Source: an uncultured Spirochaetota bacterium (GTDB taxonomy: Bacteria > Spirochaetota > Spirochaetia > SZUA-6 > Fen-1364). From it: a stretch of 64,000 nt of DNA. Shown in pieces: positions 12,113 to 21,990 of this stretch. The stretch is taken from the NCBI GenBank assembly GCA_963734545.1, contig CAVTHO010000005.1:416001-480000 (forward strand), given 5' to 3'. The stretch's first letter is position 1. Each line of letters starts with the position of its first letter. The translations under genes were made by a program, and so were the position numbers. The notes below the pieces were generated by a model. It was not told the origin of the DNA. It was given only the letters and a program-made list of their open reading frames with translations, and did not search any database.

Positions 12113-12685
12113 CGCGAACTCGGATTTCAATAACCCGTAGATCATGGTCCCGCTGAGGGTTCCGTCCCTGTTCTTCTTGTTCTGGCGCAGATGTCCTTCC
12201 CTCACCATACCGCAGCGCTCCGCCACCCGCATACTGCGCGCATTGGTGTCATCGCATTCCAGGCGCACCCGGCCGGCATGCAGATGCTGGAAGACGAATC
12301 CCAATGCCGCTCGCACGGCCTCCGAGACGTAGCCGCGTCCTTCGTGCGCCTTGTCGACGAAGTAGCCGATCTGGAACTCCGGCAGCTCCCACGAGACGGG
12401 ACCGACAAACACCTGGGCCACAAACTCGTCACTCGACCTGTCGAAAGCCCCCAGAAAGAAGCTCCTGCGCTCCGCCCACTGCACGGCCAGGCTCCGCACC
12501 AGGTTTTCCGCTTCCCGTTCGCTTCGGATCGCCATCACCGGATTTTCCGATTCATAGCGTGAGAGATGCGCCAGATTCTTCTGGCACATGGGGTAGTACC
12601 AGCGGCCATCGCCTTCCGCGTAGGGGCGCAGGTACAGGCGCTCGGTTTCTATTCGCGAGGGAATGTCGGGGAGCGCCTTCTGCAT
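12107..12685 (-). CDS. GNAT acetyltransferase (RimJ/RimL-like)
   Basis: IETERLYLRP, IGYFVDKAHEGRGYVSEA, NARSMRVAERCG; ATG overlaps the lspA stop. Confidence 0.88.
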   Translation of the reverse strand: MQKALPDIPSRIETERLYLRPYAEGDGRWYYPMCQKNLAHLSRYESENPVMAIRSEREAENLVRSLAVQWAERRSFFLGAFDRSSDEFVAQVFVGPVSWELPEFQIGYFVDKAHEGRGYVSEAVRAALGFVFQHLHAGRVRLECDDTNARSMRVAERCGMVREGHLRQNKKNRDGTLSGTMIYGLLKSEFAP

Positions 12686-13182
12686 CAGGCCTTCCTCTTC
12701 CACGGGCTTACCACCAGCAGCAGGCATCCGATGAGCACCCACAAGTCGGCGAGATTGAAGACGCCTGTCCGCACGGACCCGATTCCCAGGATGAGGAAAT
12801 CGCTCACCCTCCCGTCGCGGAACAATCTGTCGATGAGATTGCCGAAGCCGCCGCCCGCGATGAAGGAGAACCCCACGATGAAAGTCCAGCCGGTTTCCTT
12901 GTTCCGCGCGAGAGAGAAGATGATCCAGAAAAGGATGAGGAGAGGAAACGCGACAAATGTCACTGTCCGGACAGGGCGTGGCAGCCGGGCCCCCAGGCCG
13001 AGGAATCCGCCTTCGTTCTCCACGTAGTGCAGAACGAGGATGCTGTCCACCAGGAAAGCCGTGCCGCCGTTCATCAGCCGGGCGCGCGCGATCTGCTTTG
13101 TCGCCTGGTCGCAGCCGATGCTCGCGAGAACAATGACGAGGATAAGGAGCGCTTTCAGGAGTCGTGTGCGGGCAGGAACCAC
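12685..13182 (-). CDS. lspA: Lipoprotein signal peptidase II
   Basis: DQATK, NEGGFLG, GNLIDR, VSDF, FNLAD; GTG start is inferred. Confidence 0.88.
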   Translation of the reverse strand: MVPARTRLLKALLILVIVLASIGCDQATKQIARARLMNGGTAFLVDSILVLHYVENEGGFLGLGARLPRPVRTVTFVAFPLLILFWIIFSLARNKETGWTFIVGFSFIAGGGFGNLIDRLFRDGRVSDFLILGIGSVRTGVFNLADLWVLIGCLLLVVSPWKRKA

Positions 13183-13231
13183 GCCGGGAGTTTGACATGG
13201 GCCCGGGGCCGATGCAATACTGCGCCGAGGT

Positions 13232-14098
13232 ATGCAGTCAAAGGCGACAATCCAGGCGCTGTCCGCCATGCTCCTCTGGAGCATGCTTGCCTTCCTGAGC
13301 GTGCAGTTGTCCGGCATCCCGCCGTTCCTGCTCATCGGCCTTGCCCTGATCATCGGCGCCCTGTGCGGCGCGCACCGACTCTCGCAATGGCGGGTCCCGG
13401 CAAAAGTGCTGCTCCTCGGCATGTACGGGCTTTTTGGATACCATTTCTGCCTGTTCACGGCGTTGAGGCTCGCCCCGCCCGTGGAAGCGAATCTCATCAA
13501 CTACCTGTGGCCTCTCCTCATCGTGGTACTGTCACCGGTCTTCCTGGCCGGGTTTTCCCTGAAAGCGCGCCACATAGCCGCCGCGCTCCTGGGTCTGGCA
13601 GGCGCGGCGCTCATTGTCACGGGAGGCAGGCTGAGCTTTGACAGCCGCTACATGCCGGGCTACCTCCTCGCAGCGCTTGCCGCCTTCATCTGGTCGAGCT
13701 ACTCGCTCATGACCAGGAGGATCAAGTCGTTCCCGAACGCCGCGATCGGGCTGTTCTGTCTCTGCTCCGGCCTGCTCTCGCTCCTGATGCATTTCCTGCT
13801 CGAGCCGAGGCATGACTTCGCGCTGAAGGAGGTCCCGCTCCTGATCCTGCTCGGCATCGGGCCGATGGGAGCGGCCTTCTTCCTCTGGAACGCTGCGCTG
13901 CGAAACGGCGACCCCCGGGTCATCGGCTCGATCGCGTATCTGACACCCCTGCTCTCCACGCTGGTCCTGATCGTGAGTGGAAGCGGGCGGTTTACATTCC
14001 AGGCCGGGATTGCGATCGTGCTCATCGTGGGCGGCTCGGTTGTCGGATCTCTCAAAACCGGTGCACAATCACATGAAACAGTGAGGAGGGTCCAGTGA
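13232..14098 (+). CDS. DMT/EamA family transporter
   Basis: About 10 hydrophobic helices, ANLINYLWP, AYLTPLLS. Confidence 0.88.
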   Translation: MQSKATIQALSAMLLWSMLAFLSVQLSGIPPFLLIGLALIIGALCGAHRLSQWRVPAKVLLLGMYGLFGYHFCLFTALRLAPPVEANLINYLWPLLIVVLSPVFLAGFSLKARHIAAALLGLAGAALIVTGGRLSFDSRYMPGYLLAALAAFIWSSYSLMTRRIKSFPNAAIGLFCLCSGLLSLLMHFLLEPRHDFALKEVPLLILLGIGPMGAAFFLWNAALRNGDPRVIGSIAYLTPLLSTLVLIVSGSGRFTFQAGIAIVLIVGGSVVGSLKTGAQSHETVRRVQ

Positions 14099-14143
14099 GC
14101 AGAGTATCGTTTGGCCTGCAGCTTCTTCTGAAGTGAGAGAGCG

Positions 14144-15028
14144 ATGAACAGCCTCAGATCCATGATGGAAAGAGGGGACCTCATTGTCCTTGACGGGGCG
14201 ATGGGAACCGAGCTCGTTCGGCGGGGCGTGGAATCAGTCGCTCATGCGAACCTGTCGCACCCGGACACGGTCTTTAAAATCCACGACGAATATTTCAAGG
14301 CGGGAAGCACCGCGGCGATAACAAACACGCTGACAATGAATCGCATCTTCATCGAATCGCATGGAATCGGCATTGACGTCAAAGGCGTCAATGTCGCCGG
14401 CGCAGCGATTGCGCGCTCGTGTGCGAAGGGCAGGGGTTCCGTATGGGGGAACCTGAGCTCGACAGGGCAGATGCTGGAGCCGTATGGGACCTACGCAGAG
14501 GCAGACTTCATTGCCGCATTCAAGGAACAGGCCGGATATCTGCAGGAGGGCGGCGTGGATGGGTTCATCATCGAGACGATATTCGATCTGCGCGAGGCTG
14601 TCTGTGCGCTCCGCGCCTGCAGGGAAGCATCTTCCCTGCCCGTCATTGTATCGATGTCATTCAGCACCGAACAGAACGGCGGAAGGACCATGATGGGGAA
14701 CTCCGCGATTGACTGCGCTTCCTGCCTGACCGAAGAAGGCGCGGATGCGCTGGGCGCCAATTGTGGAGGCGTTGATCCGGTTCAAATGGCGGAAATCGTA
14801 CGCGCACTCTCCCGGGCTACCACGCTGCCGATTGTCGCCGAGGCGAATGCCGGCAAACCCCGGCTGATCGACGGGAGAACGGAATTCGACATGGATCCTG
14901 CCACATTCGCGCTCGGAATGCGGGAATGCAGGCTGGCCGGCGCCCGAATCCTGGGCGGTTGTTGTGGAACGACGCCGGATCACATACGCGCGCTCGCGCG
15001 CGCACTGGCAGACGGAGGAAAAAGATGA
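14144..15028 (+). CDS. Homocysteine S-methyltransferase family protein (stand-alone MetH Hcy domain)
   Basis: LDGAMGTEL, IETIFD, GANC, GGCCGTTPDHI Zn ligands. Confidence 0.88.
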   Translation: MNSLRSMMERGDLIVLDGAMGTELVRRGVESVAHANLSHPDTVFKIHDEYFKAGSTAAITNTLTMNRIFIESHGIGIDVKGVNVAGAAIARSCAKGRGSVWGNLSSTGQMLEPYGTYAEADFIAAFKEQAGYLQEGGVDGFIIETIFDLREAVCALRACREASSLPVIVSMSFSTEQNGGRTMMGNSAIDCASCLTEEGADALGANCGGVDPVQMAEIVRALSRATTLPIVAEANAGKPRLIDGRTEFDMDPATFALGMRECRLAGARILGGCCGTTPDHIRALARALADGGKR

Positions 15029-15477
15029 CAGGAAAAAGCGATTCGGCAGCCGATGTCTTCAGGTCAGGCTTCAATTGCGCGCAGGCCGTGTTCTCTGCCC
15101 ATGCAGCCGGCTTTGGCATCCCGGAAGATGACGCGTTGCGGATTGCATGCGGATTCGGCGGCGGGATGGGCCGATTGCAGGAGACATGCGGAGCGGTGAC
15201 GGGCGCATTCATGCTGATAGGGTGCCGACACGGCATGATTGCCAAAGACGATGCTGCGGCAAAGGAAAAGACCTACGTATGCGTACGACAGTTCGCCGAT
15301 CGGTTCATCGAAAAGAACAAGAGCATCTCCTGCAAGACCCTGCTTGGCTGTGACCTGCAGAGCGATGAAGGGAAGAAGTACTTCAAAGAACACGGCCTGC
15401 AGGAAACTGTCTGCGTGAAATGCGTGCGAGACGCGGTTTCCATCGTGGAACAGATGCTCTTCGACGAAAGCAGATAA
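15025..15477 (+). CDS. C-GCAxxG-C-C family putative redox protein
   Basis: GFNCAQAV, GFGGGMG..TCGAVTG, ISCK, CVKCV; ATGA overlap with the upstream gene. Confidence 0.85.
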   Translation: MTGKSDSAADVFRSGFNCAQAVFSAHAAGFGIPEDDALRIACGFGGGMGRLQETCGAVTGAFMLIGCRHGMIAKDDAAAKEKTYVCVRQFADRFIEKNKSISCKTLLGCDLQSDEGKKYFKEHGLQETVCVKCVRDAVSIVEQMLFDESR

Positions 15478-15507
15478 CAGAGAGGGCGCCGCCGAAACCT
15501 CGGCTTC

Positions 15508-16854
15508 CTAGGCCCGGGCAACGCGGATCATGGCCTCCAGGCTCCGCTCCACGTCCGCTTCAGTCGTTGCCCAGCTGGAGACGCTGATTCTCATGGCATT
15601 TTTCCCCTGCCAGATTGTGCCCCCGCACCAGCACGTGCCCTCTGCCTGAATGCCGGCGATGACCTTGCGGGTATCTTCCGCGTTTCCGAACGAGACGAGA
15701 ACCTGGTTCAGGACCACGTCGTTCAGCACCTCGAATCCCGCTGCGCGTAGTCCTTCCGCGAACCGCGCGGCATACCGGCAGGTCCGCTCCACCAGGTCCG
15801 CGACGCCGTTCCTCCCGAGGGACTTCAGCGCAGCCCACACCTCCACCCCTCTGGCCCGGCGGGAAAGCTCCGGCGTGTAGTCCGAGGGATTGCGCTGCGC
15901 GCCCGCAGGGGGCAGGTAGTCGGCCGTGATTGCCATGGCTGCCCGCAGCGCCTCGGGATCCCGCACAAAGGCGAGCCCGCAATCGTAGGGCACATTCAGC
16001 CACTTGTGCGCGTCGGTGGCCCACGAATCCGCCTCCGCAATCCCCGCGGCAAGATGCTTCCGCCCGGGGGCCGCGGCCGCCCAGAGACCAAATGCGCCGT
16101 CCACGTGCACCCATGCGCCTGCCGCGTGGGCTTTCCGGCACACCTCCTGGATCGGATCGAACGCGCCGGTGTTCACATTGCCTGCCTGCGCGCAGACAAT
16201 GGTCGGTCCGGACAGTCGGGGCAGCTTGTCGGCGCGCATTCTTCCCTGGCCATCCACGGGCACGCGCAGCACGCGCTTTCGTCCCAGCCCGAGGAGCCCC
16301 AGTGACTTGAAGAGGGTCGAGTGGGCCTCTTCACCGACGACGACCGTAAGGGGAGGGGCGCCGAAAAGCCCGTCCGCCTCGACACTCCAGCCGGCCTGCT
16401 GAAGCTCGACGTGCCGCGCTGCCGCAAGCGCCGTGAAGTTCGCCATGGTGGCACCGGTAACGAAGCCGGCCCCGCATCCCTGCGGCAATCCGAGGATATC
16501 GATCAGCCATTTCAGGGCGATCCGCTCCAGGATCGCTGCGCCCGGGGTCACGCTGGAGAACGCGGCGTTCTGATCCCACGCCGCGGCCAGCCAGTTCGCG
16601 GCCACTGTCACGGGAAGCGAGCCGCCGATGACGAAACCGAAAAACCGGGGCCCGGCCATGGCCATGGTCGCCGGTGAGCACACCTCGTCGAGCGTCTGCA
16701 GCACCGTGTCGGGCCGGACAGACTCCTCGGCCAGCGGTTCATCGAGCGCGGACAGGACAGCTTCATCAGCGGCAAACGGCGCAACCTGCCGGGTTTCAAG
16801 GCCTTCCAGGTATGCGATTGCCCGGCGCGCGCTTTCTTCCAGGAGTCGACGCAT
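15508..16854 (-). CDS. Group II PLP-dependent decarboxylase
   Basis: PRFFGFVIGG, HVDGAFG, WATDAHKWLNVPY. Confidence 0.9.
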   Translation of the reverse strand: MRRLLEESARRAIAYLEGLETRQVAPFAADEAVLSALDEPLAEESVRPDTVLQTLDEVCSPATMAMAGPRFFGFVIGGSLPVTVAANWLAAAWDQNAAFSSVTPGAAILERIALKWLIDILGLPQGCGAGFVTGATMANFTALAAARHVELQQAGWSVEADGLFGAPPLTVVVGEEAHSTLFKSLGLLGLGRKRVLRVPVDGQGRMRADKLPRLSGPTIVCAQAGNVNTGAFDPIQEVCRKAHAAGAWVHVDGAFGLWAAAAPGRKHLAAGIAEADSWATDAHKWLNVPYDCGLAFVRDPEALRAAMAITADYLPPAGAQRNPSDYTPELSRRARGVEVWAALKSLGRNGVADLVERTCRYAARFAEGLRAAGFEVLNDVVLNQVLVSFGNAEDTRKVIAGIQAEGTCWCGGTIWQGKNAMRISVSSWATTEADVERSLEAMIRVARA

Positions 16855-16881
16855 CGTGCCCTCCTCAACGAGGCCGTGTGA

Positions 16882-17547
16882 TCAATCGAATTCGCGGCGC
16901 GGCGCCGCCTGCTTCTCGTCTGTCTGCATCGCCTTTATCAATGCCCGGGCAGCCCTGCGCACGCCGCCGTTACCGCTGTCCGCAAAGCGTTCGCCGATAG
17001 GGGCCAGCTCATCACGGAGACCGGGGTCAGCGGCAACGGCCCTGGCCAGACCCATCAATGCGTGCCCGGCCTGCCTGCCGTTGTAGACGGTGAGTGCGTC
17101 CACCAGGAGGGGGTAGGCGGCCCGGGCGGCCGAACTGTTCGTCCCCGCATAGTTGCCCACCGCGTCCACCGCGTAGTCACGGGCAATCACGCTTCCGTCG
17201 AGGCGGATGATCTCGTCCAGCCGGGGAAGAAGGCAGGCGATGACCCGGGGGTCCCGGGTCGCCACCAGGGCGAGCGCGTGCATCGCTTCCCACCGCACTC
17301 GGGTCGTGGCATGGTTCACCAGAGGAGCGAGGTCGGTTGCGTACCGGGCCGCAAGCTCCGGTTTTTGCCCGGCCACCTCGGTGAGCACCTCGGCGCAGTC
17401 GCCGACAAGCGCCGCGTCCTGCCCTTTGAGGCCTTCGGCAATCTCTTCCAGCAGCGCCGGTTCCTTGAGACAGCGTGCCGCCACCTTGAGATTCGGCCCG
17501 GCCTTCCGGTCACGCACCCGCGACGAGAGCTGATCCAGGACACTCAT
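16882..17547 (-). CDS. HEAT/ARM-repeat hypothetical protein
   Basis: Helical repeats such as TRVRWEAMHALA, VIARDYAVDAVG, GVRRAARAL. Confidence 0.6.
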   Translation of the reverse strand: MSVLDQLSSRVRDRKAGPNLKVAARCLKEPALLEEIAEGLKGQDAALVGDCAEVLTEVAGQKPELAARYATDLAPLVNHATTRVRWEAMHALALVATRDPRVIACLLPRLDEIIRLDGSVIARDYAVDAVGNYAGTNSSAARAAYPLLVDALTVYNGRQAGHALMGLARAVAADPGLRDELAPIGERFADSGNGGVRRAARALIKAMQTDEKQAAPRREFD

Positions 17548-17582
17548 TGCGGACGAAGCCGCCCTGTGCTCTTCATGGATCC

Positions 17583-18608
17583 TCAGCGCCAGAAAGCGGG
17601 AAACACGAGGCGCACCACGGTATCCAGGGCAACACCCAGGACGAACAGGTTTCCGAACTTCCTGTTGTGAGCGAACGAAACCGTGGAGAACCAGAGCGGC
17701 CAGATGGGGTAGCCGGGAGGTGCCGCCGCAGGCCGGGGCTTCGAAAGGCGCGTGATGGCCGCCCAGGCTTCGCGTGATGCCACGAACACGATCACGAGGA
17801 TCGGGGTCAGGAAGCGCGGGACCACGATCATGTACACGGTGATTGCATAGGCGAGGACGATGGCAGCCATGTTCAAATAGCGCGCCGCTGTCTCTCCTAT
17901 CCGCACCGGGAGAGTGCCCACGCCCTTCTGCCTGTCTTCGGCAGACTTGTCGATATGCTTGCCCACGTTGATGCTTGCCGTGCTCAGACCGAAGGGAATG
18001 CCGGCAAGCACGACGTTCCAGTTCCACTCCCGCACCAGGACGAGGTACACACCCGCGATCATGATCGGTCCCCAGATGAGGAATATCGTCAGCTCCCCGA
18101 GGGCGATGTACTTCAACGGGTACGTATAGAGGAGCAGCATGACCACGCCGTAAGCGAACAGACCGACCACGATCGGGTCGAACCCCGTGTAGAGGAGCGC
18201 GTAGAACCCCGCGAGCAGCGCCAGCACCCCGCTCACCACGAACCAGCGCATCTGCTGGGGCTTGGTCCAGAAGCCCTGCACGAGGGGGTGCACGCCGTAC
18301 TGGATGCGGTAGTAGTTGTCCTTGTCGATTCCCCGGCTGAAATCAGTATAGTCGTTGAGCAGATTGTTCGCGCCGTGCGCGAGGAAAAGCCCGAGGGTGA
18401 CGATCAGCCACGTCAGCCAGGGGAAGCGGCCGGCCTGCACGGCGAACAAGCCGCCGATGACGCAGGAATATATCGTCACCGTGGCGACACCGGATCGGGT
18501 GGCAATCAGCCACTTCGATACGACGTCGAGCGCGTCCCATTCCTTCTTGTCGTCCATGCGGACGAGCTGCCACGAGGCTCTCCTCCACATGGCGAGATTG
18601 ATGGCCAT
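17583..18608 (-). CDS. UbiA-superfamily prenyltransferase, MenA-like
   Basis: NLLNDYTDFSRGID, YTYPLKYIALGE, DKSAEDRQKGVGTL; multiple TM helices. Confidence 0.82.
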   Translation of the reverse strand: MAINLAMWRRASWQLVRMDDKKEWDALDVVSKWLIATRSGVATVTIYSCVIGGLFAVQAGRFPWLTWLIVTLGLFLAHGANNLLNDYTDFSRGIDKDNYYRIQYGVHPLVQGFWTKPQQMRWFVVSGVLALLAGFYALLYTGFDPIVVGLFAYGVVMLLLYTYPLKYIALGELTIFLIWGPIMIAGVYLVLVREWNWNVVLAGIPFGLSTASINVGKHIDKSAEDRQKGVGTLPVRIGETAARYLNMAAIVLAYAITVYMIVVPRFLTPILVIVFVASREAWAAITRLSKPRPAAAPPGYPIWPLWFSTVSFAHNRKFGNLFVLGVALDTVVRLVFPAFWR

Positions 18609-18674
18609 ATCGCATTCCTCCTTCGCGTGTGTCACCTCGAATATAAAACCGGGAACGCGGAAAGAGTAGGCCGT

Positions 18675-19109
18675 TTATTTGACGGCTTTTTCAACCTGGG
18701 CCAGGTGGTGATTCCTGTGGAGCCCCCGGTTCAGCCGGACCGGTGTTCCGTCGCGTTCCACCCGCGCAAGGAACTCCGGCTGCAGGGAGTCTATTGCGTC
18801 GTCTATCGCTGTCGTTGTTTCGACGGCCATACGCGCAATCACAGCCGCGGGCACCGCGTTGCAGAGGGGCCGCATCGATTCATTGAACAGGTCGGTGTCG
18901 ATCAGGGAAGGTCCGATGCCTTCCTTCTTCCATTTGGCAAGCAGCACGAGCGCCCTGTTGTCCCAGAACGCGAGATGGGCCAGCAGGCCGCCGATGGTCC
19001 AGCCGGGTCCGCCGGCGGGCCGGTCGTAGTCCGAGAGGGAGAGACGCGCAATCACCTCCTTCAGATGGTCGCGTTCCGCCGAGTTTGCCTGGGTGTATTG
19101 ATTGGTCAT
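18675..19109 (-). CDS. DinB/MDMPI-like four-helix metalloprotein
   Basis: GWTIGGLLAHLAFWD and C-terminal HRNHH. Confidence 0.75.
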   Translation of the reverse strand: MTNQYTQANSAERDHLKEVIARLSLSDYDRPAGGPGWTIGGLLAHLAFWDNRALVLLAKWKKEGIGPSLIDTDLFNESMRPLCNAVPAAVIARMAVETTTAIDDAIDSLQPEFLARVERDGTPVRLNRGLHRNHHLAQVEKAVK

Positions 19110-19119
19110 GCCGGTTCTC

Positions 19120-20370
19120 CTATTCGGTGACGCTTTTCAGCAGGGCAACGATGTTTTCCGTGGCCACGGTGGCCTGGATGTTGTGAATGTTGTTGAACAC
19201 GAACCCCCCGCCCTTCGAGAATATTTCGATGTTGCGCCGGGCCTCGGCGCTCACCTGCTCCGCCGTGCCGAAGGCCAGAGTGTGCTGCGTATCCACGGCC
19301 CCTCCCCAGAACACGAACGTGTCCCCGTACGTGCCCTTGAGCATCTCCGGTGACATGCCCGCGGCGGAGATCTGGACAGGGTTGAGGATATCGATTCCCG
19401 CTTCCGCAAAATCGTCGAGGTAGGCCACGATCGAGCCGCACGAGTGATAGAAGGTTTTCCAGCCGGTGTTCCTGTGCACCCAGTCGTTCATGGCCTTGTG
19501 CAGCGGTTTGAAAATCTCCCGGTAGGCATCCGGGGAGATGAACGGGCCGTTCTGGGAGCCGAAATCAGTGCCGCTCATCACCACGACGTCGATCCTGTCT
19601 CCCACCGCCTGGCGGTACATCGCCAGGTTCTTCATCTGCAGCTCGAACTGATGGTGAAAGATCGCCTTGATGTATTCCTTGCGGGTGAGGGTCGAGACGT
19701 ACCATTCCTCGGGGTCACGGATTCCCTTGGGATGCAGGACAGCGGGGCCGGGCACGTTGGCGATGTCTCCAAATCCCGCGCCCCAGAAGTTGCCCACGAT
19801 CCCGTACTCCGAGCCCTCGTGCCACGCCCGGGTGGTGTCCTCGATGAAACGCAGCTCCTCCTCGGTATACAGGGAATAGGTCTCGGCAACCCACTCTTCA
19901 GGATCGAGCTTCGCCTCGTCGATAGGCTCCTGCCGGACGATGACGTCGAAATAGTACCCGTCTTTCGGCAGCCTGCCCGATGGGGGAGCGGATCGATCGC
20001 CCTTGGGGTACTGGACGATGTCCCCATTGGGGAGCACGTCGTACTCGAGGTGGCCGGAGATCTCCACTTCGGTGCCATCGAACATCCGGAACGGCTTCCA
20101 GTTTTCGTTCTTGTACCCGAACATCGTTGTGGGGAGCTGGATGCCCACCGTATCGATGCCGAGAGCCGTTTTTACGGACTCTTCCACCTCGGCCAGCATC
20201 TGGAACGGGTCGTAGACCCGGATTGCGCCGCCTGCAATGCCCAGCGCCTTCTTCAGCTTCGCATAGGCGCCGGCCTGGATCCCGGTGACCAGGGTGCTGC
20301 CCAGGTCCAGCGGCGGCCGGTCCGGCTGCTGGTGGTGAATTGCCTTGCGGAGTCTCTCTCGCGATGTCAT
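19120..20370 (-). CDS. Uroporphyrinogen decarboxylase / MtaA-CmuA family methyltransferase
   Basis: MTSRER..PDRPPLDLG, DFGSQ, YHSCG, LNPVQ, FWGGAVDTQ, HNIQ. Confidence 0.85.
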   Translation of the reverse strand: MTSRERLRKAIHHQQPDRPPLDLGSTLVTGIQAGAYAKLKKALGIAGGAIRVYDPFQMLAEVEESVKTALGIDTVGIQLPTTMFGYKNENWKPFRMFDGTEVEISGHLEYDVLPNGDIVQYPKGDRSAPPSGRLPKDGYYFDVIVRQEPIDEAKLDPEEWVAETYSLYTEEELRFIEDTTRAWHEGSEYGIVGNFWGAGFGDIANVPGPAVLHPKGIRDPEEWYVSTLTRKEYIKAIFHHQFELQMKNLAMYRQAVGDRIDVVVMSGTDFGSQNGPFISPDAYREIFKPLHKAMNDWVHRNTGWKTFYHSCGSIVAYLDDFAEAGIDILNPVQISAAGMSPEMLKGTYGDTFVFWGGAVDTQHTLAFGTAEQVSAEARRNIEIFSKGGGFVFNNIHNIQATVATENIVALLKSVTE

Positions 20371-20514
20371 GTGTGTCCCCGCAGCCATGATAGAGCAGGA
20401 CCGTGCCCTCCACAAGTGAAGGGCGCCGTTAAGTTGGTGAGAACAGCAGCCCTTGATCGAAGTGATATGATAGAGGTGTCCCGAATACAGAGTACCCGGT
20501 CTGAGGAGCATCAC

Positions 20515-21231
20515 GTGGAGAAATCGCACGCGCCTGAGAAAAGGCTCTTCTGGGCAGTCGCATCACTTGCGCTGCTCACAATCGCGTGTCCCAATCCCGG
20601 AACCCCCGGTCCTGCCACCTGCAAGGTCACCTACAATGCAAACGGCGGCAGTGGGAGCGTCCCCGCAGACCCCCATACTTACCTGCAGGGAGCAGCGGTC
20701 GCTGTGCTTGGCAACACGGGCAACATGACAAAAACCGGAAACCCCCTCAACTACTCTTTCGCAGGCTGGAACACGAAGGCCGATGGGAGCGGCGCTACCT
20801 ATGCTGAGGGTGCCACCCTCTCGTTGGGCAGCGCAGATGTCACGTTGTACGTTGTGTGGATTGTCGACGAGCTCGCCTTCGCGAGCTCCGGAACGGGCAT
20901 CGTGATTACTGGAAACAATGCATCGTATTTTCACTCCCTTGCGATTCCAGGCGGAGTCACCGGCATCGGGGACAACGCATTTCTCGGCTGCACATTCCTC
21001 GATCCCATCAACATCCCCTCCAGCGTCACCCGCATCGGCCAGAATGCATTCAAAGGCTGTGCGAGTCTTCACAGCGTCTACGTGAGCTCGACGACGCCCC
21101 CGGTTCTGGCTGCGGGCTCACATGCCTTTGACGGCTGCGCGGCGGGGTTCCAGATCCTCGTCCCTGCAGGCTGTCCGGCCGCGTATCAGGCTGCGCCCGG
21201 CTGGAGCGACTACAAAACCATAGTCCATTAG
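20515..21231 (+). CDS. Lipoprotein with an InlB B-repeat and BspA-like leucine-rich repeats
   Basis: GAGGAG SD before GTG; LTIA-C lipobox; VTYNANGGSG..FAGWNTKADGSG..LY; IPGGVTGIGDNAF and IPSSVTRIGQNAF. Confidence 0.8.
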   Translation: MEKSHAPEKRLFWAVASLALLTIACPNPGTPGPATCKVTYNANGGSGSVPADPHTYLQGAAVAVLGNTGNMTKTGNPLNYSFAGWNTKADGSGATYAEGATLSLGSADVTLYVVWIVDELAFASSGTGIVITGNNASYFHSLAIPGGVTGIGDNAFLGCTFLDPINIPSSVTRIGQNAFKGCASLHSVYVSSTTPPVLAAGSHAFDGCAAGFQILVPAGCPAAYQAAPGWSDYKTIVH

Positions 21232-21236
21232 CCCGT

Positions 21237-21968
21237 TCAGAACCGCTGGATGACGCCCGATCCAGATGACTTGATCGTGGCCTTTGCCCCGCCCCCGTAC
21301 GCCACCCGGCCGGATCCGGAGACGATGATGGAAATGGTCCTCTTCGCATTGATCACCGCTTCTCCCGAGCCATTCACGGTCACCTCAGCAGCCCCGCTCG
21401 CAAGATCGCGTCCCTGCATGCTGCCGGAGCCACTGATCGTGACGGAAAGCTGATCGGCCTTTCCCTCCACGGTGATGCCGCCTGACCCGCTTATCGTGAC
21501 GTCGAGCCGGCCGGCGTCCAGCTCTGAGTAGATGCCGCCCGAGCCGGAGATTTCCAGGGTGAGGGCGTCAGAGCGAACGAGAGTTGTTGCGTGCAGATTG
21601 CCCGAGCCGGAGATCTTCACCGCGGTGAGCTCCACGGCGCTTATGAGAAACTCGAGCTGGGAGACGTGCACGGGCTTCACGCCTTCCTTGACTCCGAGGT
21701 AGAGAACGCCTGCGCGCACTTCGGTCTTCACGAGCGGAAGGAGATTGTCGTCTGTTTCCACAGACAGCCCCTGCGTGTTTCCCTGGCTCAGCGTGACATT
21801 GCCGAACCCCTCTATGACGATGGCGGTAAATGCGGCGACGGTTCGACTTTCCGTCCGAACGATTCCCGAGCCGCTGATCGCGCGTTCCCGGGCTCCCAGG
21901 GCAAAGCCGCTTGCCGCTGCCAGGAGCAGCGCCCCGCAAAGAACTGCCGCGCGAGCGAAACGACTCAC
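21237..21968 (-). CDS. DUF2807 / head GIN domain exported protein
   Basis: Signal peptide, ETDDNLLP, repeated ISGSG beta-helix units. Confidence 0.85.
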   Translation of the reverse strand: MSRFARAAVLCGALLLAAASGFALGARERAISGSGIVRTESRTVAAFTAIVIEGFGNVTLSQGNTQGLSVETDDNLLPLVKTEVRAGVLYLGVKEGVKPVHVSQLEFLISAVELTAVKISGSGNLHATTLVRSDALTLEISGSGGIYSELDAGRLDVTISGSGGITVEGKADQLSVTISGSGSMQGRDLASGAAEVTVNGSGEAVINAKRTISIIVSGSGRVAYGGGAKATIKSSGSGVIQRF

Positions 21969-21990
21969 TTCAACCCTCCGATGGCCGTCT

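Noticed and set aside
19444-20514. N-terminal 357 aa of the 595-aa ORF
   Set aside because: Antisense to the methyltransferase; the real lipoprotein starts near 20515, after an SD
21300-21620. Repeated ISGSG-coding DNA
   Set aside because: Normal beta-helix repeats of the DUF2807 family
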